DNA of 64,000 nucleotides, from NCBI RefSeq assembly GCF_006345805.1, contig NC_043022.1, positions 1,488,001-1,552,000 on the forward strand. Reading direction: 5' to 3'. Position numbers and translations under genes: made by a program. Below the pieces are notes generated by a model, which saw nothing but the letters and a program-made list of their open reading frames with translations, did not search any database and was not told the origin of the DNA. Source of the DNA: Octopus sinensis. Lineage: Eukaryota. Positions 1 to 13,827 of this stretch are shown here, one piece after another. Numbering within the stretch: the first letter of the stretch is position 1; every line of letters starts with the position of its first letter.

Positions 1-583
1 TCGGTTAGTCTTCTTGCGTTCAACAGACACAACCTGTTTACTCCTCCTGAGTCAGTAGATACTCCTGGTTACTAATTATAACTCTCCTTGGGGTCCATAG
101 CCATCCCTTTTTTACTCCTCCCATGTACCACATATATATTCCTCTTTTACTCCTTATTTCTTCTCCTTGATCCCACATACTCCTTATTTACATTTTGTTA
201 CTCATTCCTGGCCCCATAGATGCTCCTTTTTTACCACTTTACTCCTGGTTTACCAATTTCTACTCTTCTCCAGTTCCACAGATGTCCCTTTATTACTCCT
301 TGTTACTCTCCCATCTCCCACAGATGTTCCCTTCTCACTACTGGTCTTCCATAAACAACCTTACCCGGACTTGTTTCTCAGAGGGGAACTTTCTAGGTAC
401 AATCCCATGGTCGTTCATGACTGAGGGGGTTCTTTCCCCTTATACTATCTTTGCAGTATGTGTGTGTGTGTACATGAAGGTGCATGGCTCAGTCACTTTT
501 GCTGAACTGCTAAGTTACAGGAACATAAGCACACCAACACCAGTTGTCAAGCAATTGTGAGGGACAAACAGACACACACACAA

Positions 584-644
<61 letters not shown>

Positions 645-971
645 TATATTTGATGGGCTTCTTTCAGTTTCCTTCTACCAAATCCACTCACAAAGCTTTG
701 TCCAGTTCAAGGCTATATTAGAAACACTTGCCCAAGGTTCCACTCTGTGGGAATGAACCCAGAACCATGTTGTTGGGAAGCAAACTTCTTACCCCATAGA
801 AATGCCTGTGCTTGTTTACAAAATATAAATATAAACACATATATAAACAAGAGCACTGAGCAACACCAATGTCAATCTCAACGATTAGCCAGAGATGAGT
901 TTTAAAATGAGAAGATCTGAAATAAACTCGATTGTTCTCACAAATGAGAATACTAAAAATGAACCTGACCA

Positions 972-1376
972 CTCTTTACTCTTTTACATGTTTCAGTCAT
1001 TTGAATGCGGCCATGCTGGAGCACCACCTTTAGTGAGCAAATCGACCCCGGGACTTATTCTTTGTAAGCCCAGTACTTATTGTATTGGTCTCTTTTGCCG
1101 AACTGCTAAGTAAAGGGGACGTAAACACACCAGCATCGGTTGTCAAGCAATGCAAGGGGTACAAACACAGACACACAAATACATACACATACATATATAT
1201 ATATATATATACATATATACGATAGGCTTCTTTCAGTTTCTGTCTACCAAATCCACTCACAAGGCATTGGTCGGCCCGAGGCTATAGCAGAAGACACTTG
1301 AGCAAGGTGCCACGCAGTGGGACTGAACCCGGAACCATGTGGTTGGTTAGCAAGTTACTTACCACACAGCCACTCT
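972..1376 (-). mobile_element. SINE family A
   Basis: Reverse complement of the 15138-15538 family. Another degenerate copy lies at about 490-810. Confidence 0.85.
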
Positions 1377-1663
1377 CAACAATTAAGTAAAAAAAACATG
1401 AAAAATAATCCAGAATCCTTGTCCGGTACTGGATCAATCCCAAAATCTAATCAGTTTGTGCCAGCCATGAGGCCGAACATCCCTGAAAGTTTCATCCTAA
1501 TCCATCCAGTGGTTCTTGAGACAAACAAACAAACAAATACGACTGAAAACAATACCTCTGCCTTCGTTAAAGCGGAGGTTATAATTATATAAATAAATAA
1601 AACAAACACTTTTGATATCGTTTGATATATGTTTTTTTTTCATGTTTTAGAATTTTTTTCCCC

Positions 1664-1669
1664 TTTATT
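1664..1669 (-). terminator. Putative polyadenylation signal AATAAA of the septin 3' UTR
   Basis: tttatt on + is AATAAA on -. It lies at the end of U-rich unique sequence downstream of the candidate last exon, with a GT/T-rich stretch beyond it. Confidence 0.3.
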
Positions 1670-2149
1670 TATGAGTTATTTCCATCCATACATTAATTGT
1701 CAAAATTATAATTTACAGATAATAGTGATAAAAAAAAAATGACATTTTATCAAAAAAACCCAAAAGACAAACAAACAATTATATGTCCCTCTCTTACCAG
1801 AAAGTTGAACTAAGAACAAAAAAAAAATCAGTTAAAAATTAAAAAACCCCGATATATTTTTCTGATTTTTGTTATTGTGATTTCAGTAATATTTAGAAAA
1901 AAATGTTTTATATCTTTTAAATAATAATAATAATATTTTCTACTATAGGCACAAGGCCTGAAATTTATAGTAGGTGTTAGTCAATAACATTGACCCCCAG
2001 TGTGTAACTGGTACTTATTTCATCAACCCTGAATGGATGAAAGGCTAAGTAAACCTCGGCAGAATTTGAACTCAGGACATACAAGACAGACGAAATGCCA
2101 TTAAACATTTTGTCCAGCACTTTAAAGATTGTTCCAGGTCACTGCCTTT

Positions 2150-2180
<31 letters not shown>

Positions 2181-2562
2181 TAATAATGATAATAATAATC
2201 CTTTCTACTATAGGCACAAGGCCTGAAATCTGGGGGTAGGGGGTTAGTTGATTACATTGATCCCACTGATACATGTTTCACTGACCCCCAAAAGGATGAA
2301 AGGCAAAGTCAACCCTGGCGGAATTTGAACTTAGAAACGTACAGACGGACGAAATGTTGCTGAGCATTTTGCCCGGTGTGTTAACGATTCTGCCAGCTTG
2401 CCGCCCTAATGACAATAATAATAATAATAATGATAATAATAATAATTTGTAGTTTTGTTTAAAAAAATATAAAAAATAAAAAAAATAACAGGAAGAACCA
2501 CGCTAATGAGACTAATTTGTTTTTATCGTTTGTGTCTACAGATCATTCATTCGGTCTTTCTC

Positions 2563-2575
2563 TCATAAAGCTTGT
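2563..2575 (-). CDS. Candidate last coding exon of the septin (…SS-A-QAL*), followed by 3' UTR
   Basis: Strong pyrimidine acceptor ctctctatctccccccacccctcccccattag, then A CAA GCT TTA TGA. Phase 2 matches the donor at 4803. Confidence 0.55.
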
Positions 2576-2678
2576 CTAATGGGGGAGGGGTGGGGGGAGA
2601 TAGAGAGTAATAAATGAATAAATAGATAGACAGATAGATAGATAAAATTTGATTACATAGATGTATTTACGTATGCAC

Positions 2679-2717
<39 letters not shown>

Positions 2718-3007
2718 TAGATATTAATTATATGTTGCTTTTTATTTTTTAACGAACAGGAGAAAAAATGTACTCAATACCACAGTTGAGTGTAACAGTT
2801 TACTGAGTCTGCTCAGTCAAAAGGCCTGTTACTCTGGAGTTTCCCCACCTGTTGGTTTCTCAGGTAGGAATTTCATGACAGTCTAATTAATACTGGCCAA
2901 TGATTCAAGAACATTGCCAGGGAAAACCCCAGAGAAACAGGCCAACAGCTCAGCATTTATATATCATATATATATATATATATATAATATATATATATGT
3001 GTGTATG

Positions 3008-3038
<31 letters not shown>

Positions 3039-3150
3039 GTATGTATTTATATATAGTATTGTGTTGAACATGCACGCTTATGTAAGAAACGTGTAGAATC
3101 TGTTATGATTGTATATGAAGAAATATTCCTGTTTATCCACATACATATAT

Positions 3151-3208
<58 letters not shown>

Positions 3209-3264
3209 CAGGTAAAGCCCCAGTCTGAGAGTAGAAATTGCTAGCTGGAGAATCATAAAGATAT

Positions 3265-3333
<69 letters not shown>

Positions 3334-4159
3334 ATAAAATCAATGGTGTAAAATATTAAAGCCCTCACTTCTCCTGCATGCTTGATATTTTCTCACTGAA
3401 TATCAGTTTCTCTATTGGAACAACAGCGACACCAATTGGAATATTTGAAATGAACCGAAGGATTGAGCAAGAGGAGAGAACTGATATTGGTAAATAATAA
3501 TAATAATAATAATATTAGTAATAATAATAATGGTTTCAAACATGGATGCAATTCCTTGCATTTTGATGGTGGTGTTGGTGGTGCCACTGGTGGAGTATTG
3601 TTGATTAAATCTTATTTTCAGTACTTGGCTGGTCTTTTAATTTGAGCCAGTGGCCCCCACCCACTTGAGGATAAAAGGCAAAAATGACTGCGGTGGGATT
3701 TGAACTTGGAAATGTGAAGTATTTCAGTGGTGTCTTACATCCACAATAATAATAATAATAATCTTTTCTTCTATAGGCACAAGCCCTGAAATTTTTTTTG
3801 GGGAAGGGGTCTAGTCAATTACATGAACCCCAGTACTCAACTGGTACTTATTTTATTGATCCTGGGAGATGAAATGCTGCTAAGGATTTCATTCCAGCGT
3901 GCTAACGATTCTGCCAGCTCACCACCTTAATAATAATAATAATAATAATCCTTTCTACTAAAGGCACAAAGCCTGAAATCGTGGGGGAGGGGACTAGTTG
4001 ATTACATCGACCCCACTGTTTCACTAGCATTTAATTCATCAACCCCAAAAGAATAAAAATCAAAGTCGACTTCGGTGGAATTTGAACTCAGAACATAGAC
4101 GGACAAAATGTCGCTAAGCATTTTGCCCGGTGTGCTAACGATTCTGCCAGCTCGCCACC

Positions 4160-4196
<37 letters not shown>

Positions 4197-4330
4197 TAAT
4201 TTTTTCTAATTATAGCAAAAGGCCAGAAATTTGAAGGGAAGGGGGAAAATTGATTTCACCCAACCCCAGAATTTGGCTGGTACATTATTTTTTCGATCCC
4301 ACCCCCAAAATAAGGATAGTAGTAGTATTT

Positions 4331-4363
<33 letters not shown>

Positions 4364-4529
4364 AAGAAGACTGAAAAGATTAGGGAGTTTGAAAGGGGGT
4401 CATTTTTTTTTTTCTATATCCCTTTCCATGTTTTTATTGTTAAGTTTTGATATTCAGTTCGGACTTGCTCTCATGCATGCAGGCAAACATGCAGACACGC
4501 ACGTAGATACACAGACATGCATGCACACG

Positions 4530-4560
<31 letters not shown>

Positions 4561-7500
4561 TGATGCAACATATATACTTAGAGAGAGATGTTTCTTTCCT
4601 CAGTTGTCTGCTCTTGTGTCGCAGATGACTAAAGTTCGATACGCCGGTGCACACAGTTATGCATAAAGCATATTAAGTGCGTATATGTTTATGCATTTAT
4701 CTGTATGTGAGTGCATCTGCATGTATGTGCATGTGTGTGTGTGTGTGTGCATGCGTATGCTGCTCTCCTCTTTGGTCCGCCATTAACACCACCACATCTC
4801 ACGCGCTGCTTTCGATATGGTTGTTGTTGCTGTTGTTTTTCGTCTCTAGTTGAGCCTGCATCTTTGTTAACATAGCTTGCATCCGTTGTATCTGTAAAGA
4901 GTCAACGGAGAAAAAGAGAGAAAAAAAGGGTTTTCTTTTAGTAAAATAATTCTTTAATAATTTACAGCATGAAAGATACATATTAGCTAATTAAAGAAAA
5001 AAAAACACACACAAAAAAAAATAAATAAACTGTCAACTTCACTTAATCATTTCTTATTTGATGTCAAAATTTTCATCACGCTTTCTGCAACCTGGTCACT
5101 GACACAATTTCACAGCAATTGGTCTGAGATGAGGCTGTTGGTCAGTGTACACATACACCTCAAAAGTAAATAGACACTGCTCATTAGTACGATGCCCCAA
5201 GAGGAGTCAATCATTAAAAACTACACAAGCCAGGTCTTCTAAATACTAGATTAAGTATTTTAAAGCATCAAATGATATTATTTTGTTTAGAAATAAATCT
5301 TGCAAAAATGGCGGCATCTATTTATTTTTAAGGTGTCTGGGTATACACAGGCTTCAGGGTTCTGAATATATTTTGTCTCCTTCTCATCTCCATGGTTCAG
5401 TGATTCTGGCAGAAGGTCAGTTCATTTGGCTTTTGGTTGAAATTCACATCCCCTCTCTTCCTCCCTTTTCTCAGAGTAAGGGTTGTTGGGGGGGGATGAG
5501 GGCTCCTTTAGCATTATACTTGCACAGCAGAATCAGGTTTCCAATTTTGGCGCAAGGCCAGCAATTTTGAAAGGTAACAGAGGGCAAGTCGATTACATTG
5601 ACCCCAGACATCTCTGAAATCCTTTCATTGTTTTTGTCCTGTTTTTTACCCTCTTCTCTCTCCATCTCACGCCCTCGCCCCCCAATAAGCACTTACCATA
5701 TTTAATGGCACATAAGACACACATGTCCTTTTTTTTTTTTTAAAGGGTCAAAACACACCCTGGGCCCTGTATTTGAAGTTGAGCCTCCCATATATTTTAA
5801 TGCAGTAAAAACATTTTTCCCTAAATCTGCATTGCTGAAACTGGGGTGTGCTTTATATGCCTGGGCATCTTCTTATGTCAGCAAAAACAGTTTTGGTTTG
5901 GCTAAGACAATCACCAGAAGTCGTAATCAATAACAAATAACATTTCAAATTCATTTGTACTTTTGTATTTGATAAAAAATGTCAAATATATATGTATATA
6001 TTTTATTTGTGGATTAACAGGGTGACCAATGGTTTCATGTAAAAAAAGGTCTCCACAATTATTCAAGTGATTCACTAGGGAATGTTGATACTTGTTTCCA
6101 TTTTGGATGAGGATGCCTAAATAGAGTTGAGTAGCAACATACATTATTGGATCACTTGAATAATTGTGGAGACCTTTTCCACATGAAACCATTGGTAACC
6201 CTGTTAATCCACAAATAATGAATATTTATCCACTAATGAGTGTTGAAAATTCATTCTCACTGTTCAACACTAGAATATATATATATATATATATATATAC
6301 ACATCCATCCATCCATGCATATACACACATATTTGTGCACCATATTCAAATAATATGTGTGTGTGGCTGTGTAAATGTTTACATTGTGCACTGAGCTATA
6401 AACGGTGATGGTTGGTGATATTTTTCCTGTAAACAAATCATCTGCAAGCTCTGCACTTTCAAATATGAGTGGAATAAATTGTCCATTAATTTTAAAAAAA
6501 CGGGTAAAGGTTAGTGACAAGTAGAACATCCAGCTGCAAAACAAAGTAATCATCTAACCCATGCTAGCATAGAAACATAGGTATAAAGTTAATCGTGATT
6601 ATTTAACCTCCATTTTCCATGCTGATACACACACACACACTCACACACACAATACACACATATATATATTATATATATAAAAATAGTAATGCAATACGAG
6701 AGTATTGCTTTCCAGTAAAGAATAGCCCGTGAGGGAAAATTATACATAGAAGTAAATATATGCTATTTTCCAGTAAATATTGGTACTTCGTTGTACCATA
6801 TATTTACTTCTATATATATTATATATATATGTATATTAATATATTATATATATAATATACACACACACACACACACACAGATATATATATATATGCACAC
6901 ACACACACACACACATGCATCGATAGATAGATATATAGGCACACTGTTAAAAAGTTCAGTCCCTCGTGTAGCTCCTTGAGCAAATTTCATCTCCTATAGC
7001 CCCAGGCTGACCAAAGCCTTCTAAGCAGATTTTGTAGATGGTAACTGAAAGAAGCCTATCTTTGTATATATGTGTGTGTGTGTGTTTATATTTGTGTGCT
7101 GTATGACGGTCACTATGTGTTGTGCTGTTGGTCACTGCTCTTGTGTTTGTGGATATGAGAGATATGAGTTCCTTCACCTGGAAAACAGGTAAAAGTTAGG
7201 AACAGGAGGAGAACACAGTTGTAAAACAATACCTTGATAATATATCCATCTAACTCATGCAAGCACAGAAAAATAGATGTTAAAATGAATGAACAAACAA
7301 ACAGTATATAAAAGAATTCTCTTGAGACATTCATCAAAAGCCCTCTTGATGCTAATATCAGCTCTTGGAATGGACAGACGATCCAGTAGTAGAGAATGGT
7401 TCCGTTACAAATTATATTTGTTCCACAAACGATGTACAAGAATATTTGTAGACAATAGATGCAAACACAAATACTGGTTCCAAGTTTTGGCACAAGGCCA

Positions 7501-7710
7501 GAAAGTTTGGGTGAGGGATTTATTCAGTTTCCTTGACCTCCAAAAGCTCAACTTGTGTTTATTTTATTGACCACAAAATGAAGAAAGACAAAGTCAACTT
7601 CACCGGAATTTGAACTTAGAACGTAAAAGTAGTCAAAATGCTGTTAACAATTTTACTGGCTTATTGCCTCTGCAAACACATTTATGAACACCAATCACAC
7701 TGTAGTTTAC

Positions 7711-7756
<46 letters not shown>

Positions 7757-8010
7757 CATACATGAGTAAGCACAAATGCAAAACAAAAATAGTACTTGAA
7801 TACCGAAGGCAGAGCAATATACTTTTTTTTATTATAGCTGCAAAAACATCACAAAAAAATAAAAATATTACTCAGTTTCACGCTCTCATTCATTGGGCAG
7901 TTGTGATACAGAATCTGTATCATAACTACCTGATGAACAGGAATGTGAAACTCTGAGTAGCACGTTTTTTTGTGATGTTTTTTGCAGCTTTTATGAAAAA
8001 AGTATATATA

Positions 8011-8043
<33 letters not shown>

Positions 8044-9440
8044 AAACAGTTTGATTTGGATTTTATGCAACTTCAAGTTTTGAAGCCCCTAATGGGGCCT
8101 CCCCTCAGGTTGAGAATCTAAATCAAACTTTGTTGAATAATATACGTAACTCCCAATAAATGTGTTGAGTGCCCTTTCTTTCATTTGTCCACTCACTCAT
8201 ATATATACACACACACATATATATATATAGAGAGAGAGATACATACATACTCGCACATATAAATGAATGTATTTTATTCGTGCACCAAAGCACCCACACA
8301 CATACACTCAAATCGATATATATGCGATGCTCAGAGTTCCACATTCAAAGTAGCCTCACCATATTCCTATGAACTGGTAACAAAAAGAATATATACAGTC
8401 ATATATTCTTTGAGGTAATTTATTGTAAGTACAGAGTAAACGACCTCTTCATTTACTGTATCCACAACGGTAAGAAACCCAAACAAACCCCATTTAATAA
8501 CATCTGTTTGTATATATAATGTGTGGAGGCGCAATGGCCTGGTGGTTAGGGCAGCAGACTCGCGGTCGTAGGATTGCGGTTTTGATTCCCCGACCGGGCG
8601 TTGTGAGTGTTTATTGAGAGAAAACACCTAAAGCTCCATGAGGCTCCGGTAGGAGGTGGTGGCCATCCCTGCTGTACTCTTTCGCCACAACTTTCTCTCA
8701 CTCTTTCTTCCGTTGGCCTGCTCACTTAGCCAGTGGGGTGGCGTCATTTGAAGGCTAAAATAATGCGAAGCGCATTGTGACCAGCGATGTGTAGCAACAC
8801 CTGATGGCCTGGTCAGTCACAGTGATATATATAATGTAACTACACTGTGCTGTTGGTGATTTCTTTTCCTTCTTTGGACTTTTCCCTTTCTCCTTTCCAA
8901 CAATGAGCTATGCTTGAAATGTCAGAAATACTCTCTTTTTACAGAACGTCAAACTAATCTGTTCCTTGTACACATCCTCGTTGTCTGTTGTTGTTAATTT
9001 TATTGTTCATTTATTTAAATTGACTATATAAGTATATATAAGAAATTTGTTTTATTCTGCATGGGGAGTAATATAGGAAAAAGAAGTTGAAAATACACTC
9101 GGAGTCTTTCAGATGGTTTATTGTTAAAGGTTTAACTGGTTTCACAGATTTTTCTGATTTTCAAGAGTTGATTGAGATAGAAAGATGGGGGAAGTGGTAG
9201 CAAGGAAGGCTATGCCACAACTGTCCAGCTTACTTTTAGTTCAGTACATGTTTATTGTACTCTTACAAGAAAAGGAGTGACAGTGATTTTGAAATATTGG
9301 CCTACTGGTCTTCATTGGACAGTCTGATGAAGGCTGAGCAGGTTGAAACGTTGAAGTCACTAAAAACACTATTCTTGTTAAAGAATTATATATTTTCGGT
9401 ATGTGGTAAGGCAATTCGTTGCTAAACCCTTTATTGCTTA

Positions 9441-9475
<35 letters not shown>

Positions 9476-10336
9476 GAGGCGCAATGGCCTAGTGGTTAGG
9501 GCAGCGGACTCGTGGTCGTAGGATCGTGGTTTCGATTCCCAGACTGGGCGTTGTGAGTGTTTATTGAGCGAAAACACCTAAAAGCTCCACGAGGCTCCGG
9601 CAGGGGGTGGTGGCAATCCCTGCTGTACTCTTTCGCCACAACTTTCTTTCACTCTTTCTTCTGTTGGCCTGCTCGCTTAGCCAGCAGGGTGGCGTCATTT
9701 GAAGGCTAAAACAATGCGAAGCGCATTGTGACCAGCGATGTGTAACAACATCTGATGGCCTGGTCGGTCATGGTGATCACGGTGATATATATATGTATAT
9801 ATAAAATTTAGAGGACTGACTACTAAAAAATGGACAGCCTATATGCTAGACATAGACGTCAAAATCACCATTTTCCACGAAGAATGTTTTCTTGAGAACA
9901 CATTCTTCGTGGAAAATGGCAATTTTGACATCTATATCTAGCATATAGGCTGTTAATTTTTTTAGTGGTCAGTCCTCTAAATTTTGTATGTAAAAAATTT
10001 TTAATCTTAGGATTTAAAAAAAAAATATGCTAGGCCACTGGTTTTAATTGATTAATATCAATTTCTACCCTTATTTAATTTTAAATTTATATATATATAT
10101 ATTGTAAGATATAGTGTATATTTATATTTATATCTATTTATATTTATTTATTTATATCCTCTTATAATGATTGTTCTTATTGTATTGTATTACTCATTCA
10201 TGTACGCTGCTGTTTTGTTATATATTTTTATGTTTAACCCTAATGTTCTTATGTAGTGGTTTAATAAAGTATGTGATTGGGTATTATCTGGTAGTTGATG
10301 AATGATTTAGATGTATTTCTCTATTTTCTTATTTTG

Positions 10337-10377
<41 letters not shown>

Positions 10378-13300
10378 TTAATACAGTTATTTGAGAAGGA
10401 AAATAAAGAGAAATTAAGTCTGAAAGTCACAGGAGACCCACAAGTCAACAGTTCAAACAGTAACAACAGAAAATGTAGATTCACTAGCATTCAATAGAAT
10501 AACTAACAGAAACATAGCAGAATTACTTCAGGTACCGAAGAGAGACATGCTTAAAGATGGAATGAGACAAAGACAGGAAACAATAAAAACAAAAAAAATA
10601 AATGAATAAATAAATAAAAAGGAAGAAAAACAAAAAACAGAGCAGAGAAGAATGGAGTCCCATTCCTTATGTGAGGTTTATAAAAAGCTTAATAGTAACC
10701 AAGTTTTAAACTGATGCCGTGGAAGTCTGTCAGTGATAATAACAAGATAACTTGAAACGGAGAATGTAGCCGAGTGCTACTTATGAAGAATGATACCAGT
10801 AATATGCACTGATTCCACTCATTAGCACATACATACATACATACATGACATACATGCATACATGCATACATGCATACATACATACATACATACATACATA
10901 CATACATACATACATACATAATAATAATAATAATAATAATAGGAAGTATAACTCCAAACTTACAGGGAAAAATTCAATTCAGTATTAAATCAAATTTCAC
11001 AATATAAATATATATTATAATTATTATAATATTAAGACTTTATATTGAATTACATAATAGTGGTTTTTCTCAAATCAATATATATATATATGTATATATA
11101 TTCTATAGATAAGAAAGTAAATTTTGGACACAATATAGCTGAAAGGATTGGGTATTTTACCCATATAAAATGGAAAAAGTTGCCAGCAGACAGCTACAGG
11201 ACTTGAAGCTATATTCCTCACATGCTGACTTGAGTACTCTACCATTAAGCTAAACAACCCACTGACCACAATCACTGTCGATTTCAACTCTAAATAATTA
11301 TAGCTTTTGGAATGCAACAACATTTTATAAACAAACTTTGAAAGTGTTGAATGTGTTTAGTATTTTACAGACAAGAAAGTAATATTTCAAATGCAGTATA
11401 GCTGTGAAAACAGCAGAATAATTGGGTATTTCACACTTATCAAATAAAAAAAAGTTGCCAGCAGATGGCTGCAAGACTCGAACCTGTATCCCTCAGATAC
11501 TGGCTTGAGTACCACATTAAGCTAGTTGTAATAAGCTGGTGAATTCCCAGACAGCATTTATATTTTTAATGTTGTGGACACAGCCAGACTGAATGGTGTT
11601 GAAACCATAATGATATCTGATTGGGCAGCTGACGATGGGGATAAAGATATATTATGCCCAATTGTGAATTCCTTATATCTTACACTCAATATTCTGAGTT
11701 GTCCTTCATTCTTGTAAAGTGGAAAGTGTTTCTGGATTCATAGTTTATGATGAGGATCTCTTTGGTATTCTTTGGTTTTCTTCAAAGGTAATCTAATTAG
11801 TCTTGGTGGCTAATTTTGGAAGACTCATTGACACACACACACACACATAGTTAATCAGATATATTCAATGAGAATACAGTATACTGAATTTCAAATAAGT
11901 GCCCTTAGTAGGGAAATGTCTAAAACCTTAAAGGTATTTAGAGATTTAAAGATTTAATAAGAGTGATTATATATCTTAGAGTAAGAGCAAGGAAAATTAC
12001 ATAAAAAAAAAATCACATATAAATAATATTGTATTAATAGATAAATACATAAAGTATCATCATCATCATCATCATCATCATTTAGCGTCCATTTTCCATG
12101 CTAGCATGGGTTGGACAGTTCAACTGGGGTCTGGGAAGCCAGAAGGTTGCACCAGGCCCAGTCTGATCTGGCAATGTTTCTACGGCTGGATGCCCTTCCT
12201 AATACCAACCACTCTGTATGATTATTTAAAATATTTGAGATATCTTACGATTGTTTCATGAATGTATTACCCTTCAAATGAAATCCAAAATTGATGATGA
12301 TTATTAGGTAATACATCCACTCATCAGAGAAAAGGATGAATTTCCATGTATTCAATCGAATGAGAGAGATGTTATTTAAAAACGTATGCTAAAGATATTG
12401 TTTAAAAAAGTTACTGGTATAGATGTGCATCATCATCATCATCGTTTAACATCCGCTTCATGGGTTGGACAATTTGACTGAGGACTGGTGAACCAGATGG
12501 CTGCACCAGGCTCAAATCTTGATCTGGCAGAGTTTCTACAGCTGGATGCCCTTCCTAACACCAACCACTCCGAGAGTGTAGTGGGTGCTTTTACGTGCCA
12601 ATGGCATGAGGGCCAGTCAGGCAGTACTGGCAACGACCACGCTCAAATGGTGTTTTTCCATGCCACCTGCACAGGAGACAGTCCAGTGGTACTGGCAACG
12701 ACCTCGCTCGAATGTTTTTTCACATGCCAGTAAGGTGATGCTGGTAACGATCACGCTTGAATGGTACTTTTTACGTGCCCCCCTGTATTGCTGAGTCTTA
12801 TTTCTTTATTGCCCACAAGGGGACAAACAAGGACAGACAAAGGGATTAGGTCAATTACATCAACCCCAGTGCATAACTGGTACTTAATTTATTGACCTCA
12901 AATGGATGAAAGGCAAAGTCGACCTCGGTGGAATTTGAACTCAGAACGTAGCAGCAGATGAAATACCACTTTATTGCTGAGTCTTACTAATGTACTAGCT
13001 AATGTATTGATTAATTAATAAGTCACTGAGTATTCAAATCACTCTGAGAGCAATTCAGTATAATTCCTAAATTATAGGTGCAGGCATGGCTGTGTGGTAA
13101 GAAGCATGCTTCCCAACTATAGGGTTCCGGGTTCAGTCCCACTGCATGGCAATTTGGCCAAGTGTCTTCTGTTATAGTCCTGGGCCAACATAACCTTGTG
13201 AGAGGATTTTTCGTTGACGGAAACTGAAAGAAGCCCGTCGTGTGTGTGTATGTTTATATATATATAGGCGCAGGAGTGGCTGTGTAGTAAGAAGCTTGCT

Positions 13301-13792
13301 TCCCAACCACATGGTTCCGGGTTCAGTCCTACTGCATGGCACTGTGGGCAAGTGTCTTCTACTATAGCCTTGTGTCGGCCAAAGCCTTGTGAGTGGATTT
13401 GGTAGAAAGAAACTGAAAGAAGCCTGTTGTGTGTATGTATGTATATATATTTGTGTTTGTGTTTGCTCATCCACCCCACACACACCTATCGCTTAACAAC
13501 CGATGCTAGTGTGTTTATGTCCCCGTAACTTAGCGGTTCGGCAAAAGAGAATAAGTACTAGGCTTACAAAGAATAAGTCCTGGGGGTGGGGGGCGATTTC
13601 TTTGACTATGAAAAAACCCTTAAAGGCAATGCTCCAGCATGGCTGGAGTCAAATGACTGAAACAAGTAAAAGATTAAAAGAATATGGGAGATGCAACTGT
13701 CACTAGTTTTAAATGAGTTTCTGTCAAAGATTTTCCTTTTGTTGAGAGTTGACTGGCAAATGCTTCCCTGTTAAGGCGACAAACTGCTCACC

Positions 13793-13827
<35 letters not shown>

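Noticed and set aside
3407-3453. Plus-strand mini-[17 protein letters not shown]
   Set aside because: No other plus-strand exons are visible, and the minus-strand septin exon reading fits better.
9474-9550. tRNA-like sequences (also at 8524, 17091, 25714 and 35101)
   Set aside because: They are SINE heads that continue into shared SINE bodies, not stand-alone tRNA genes.
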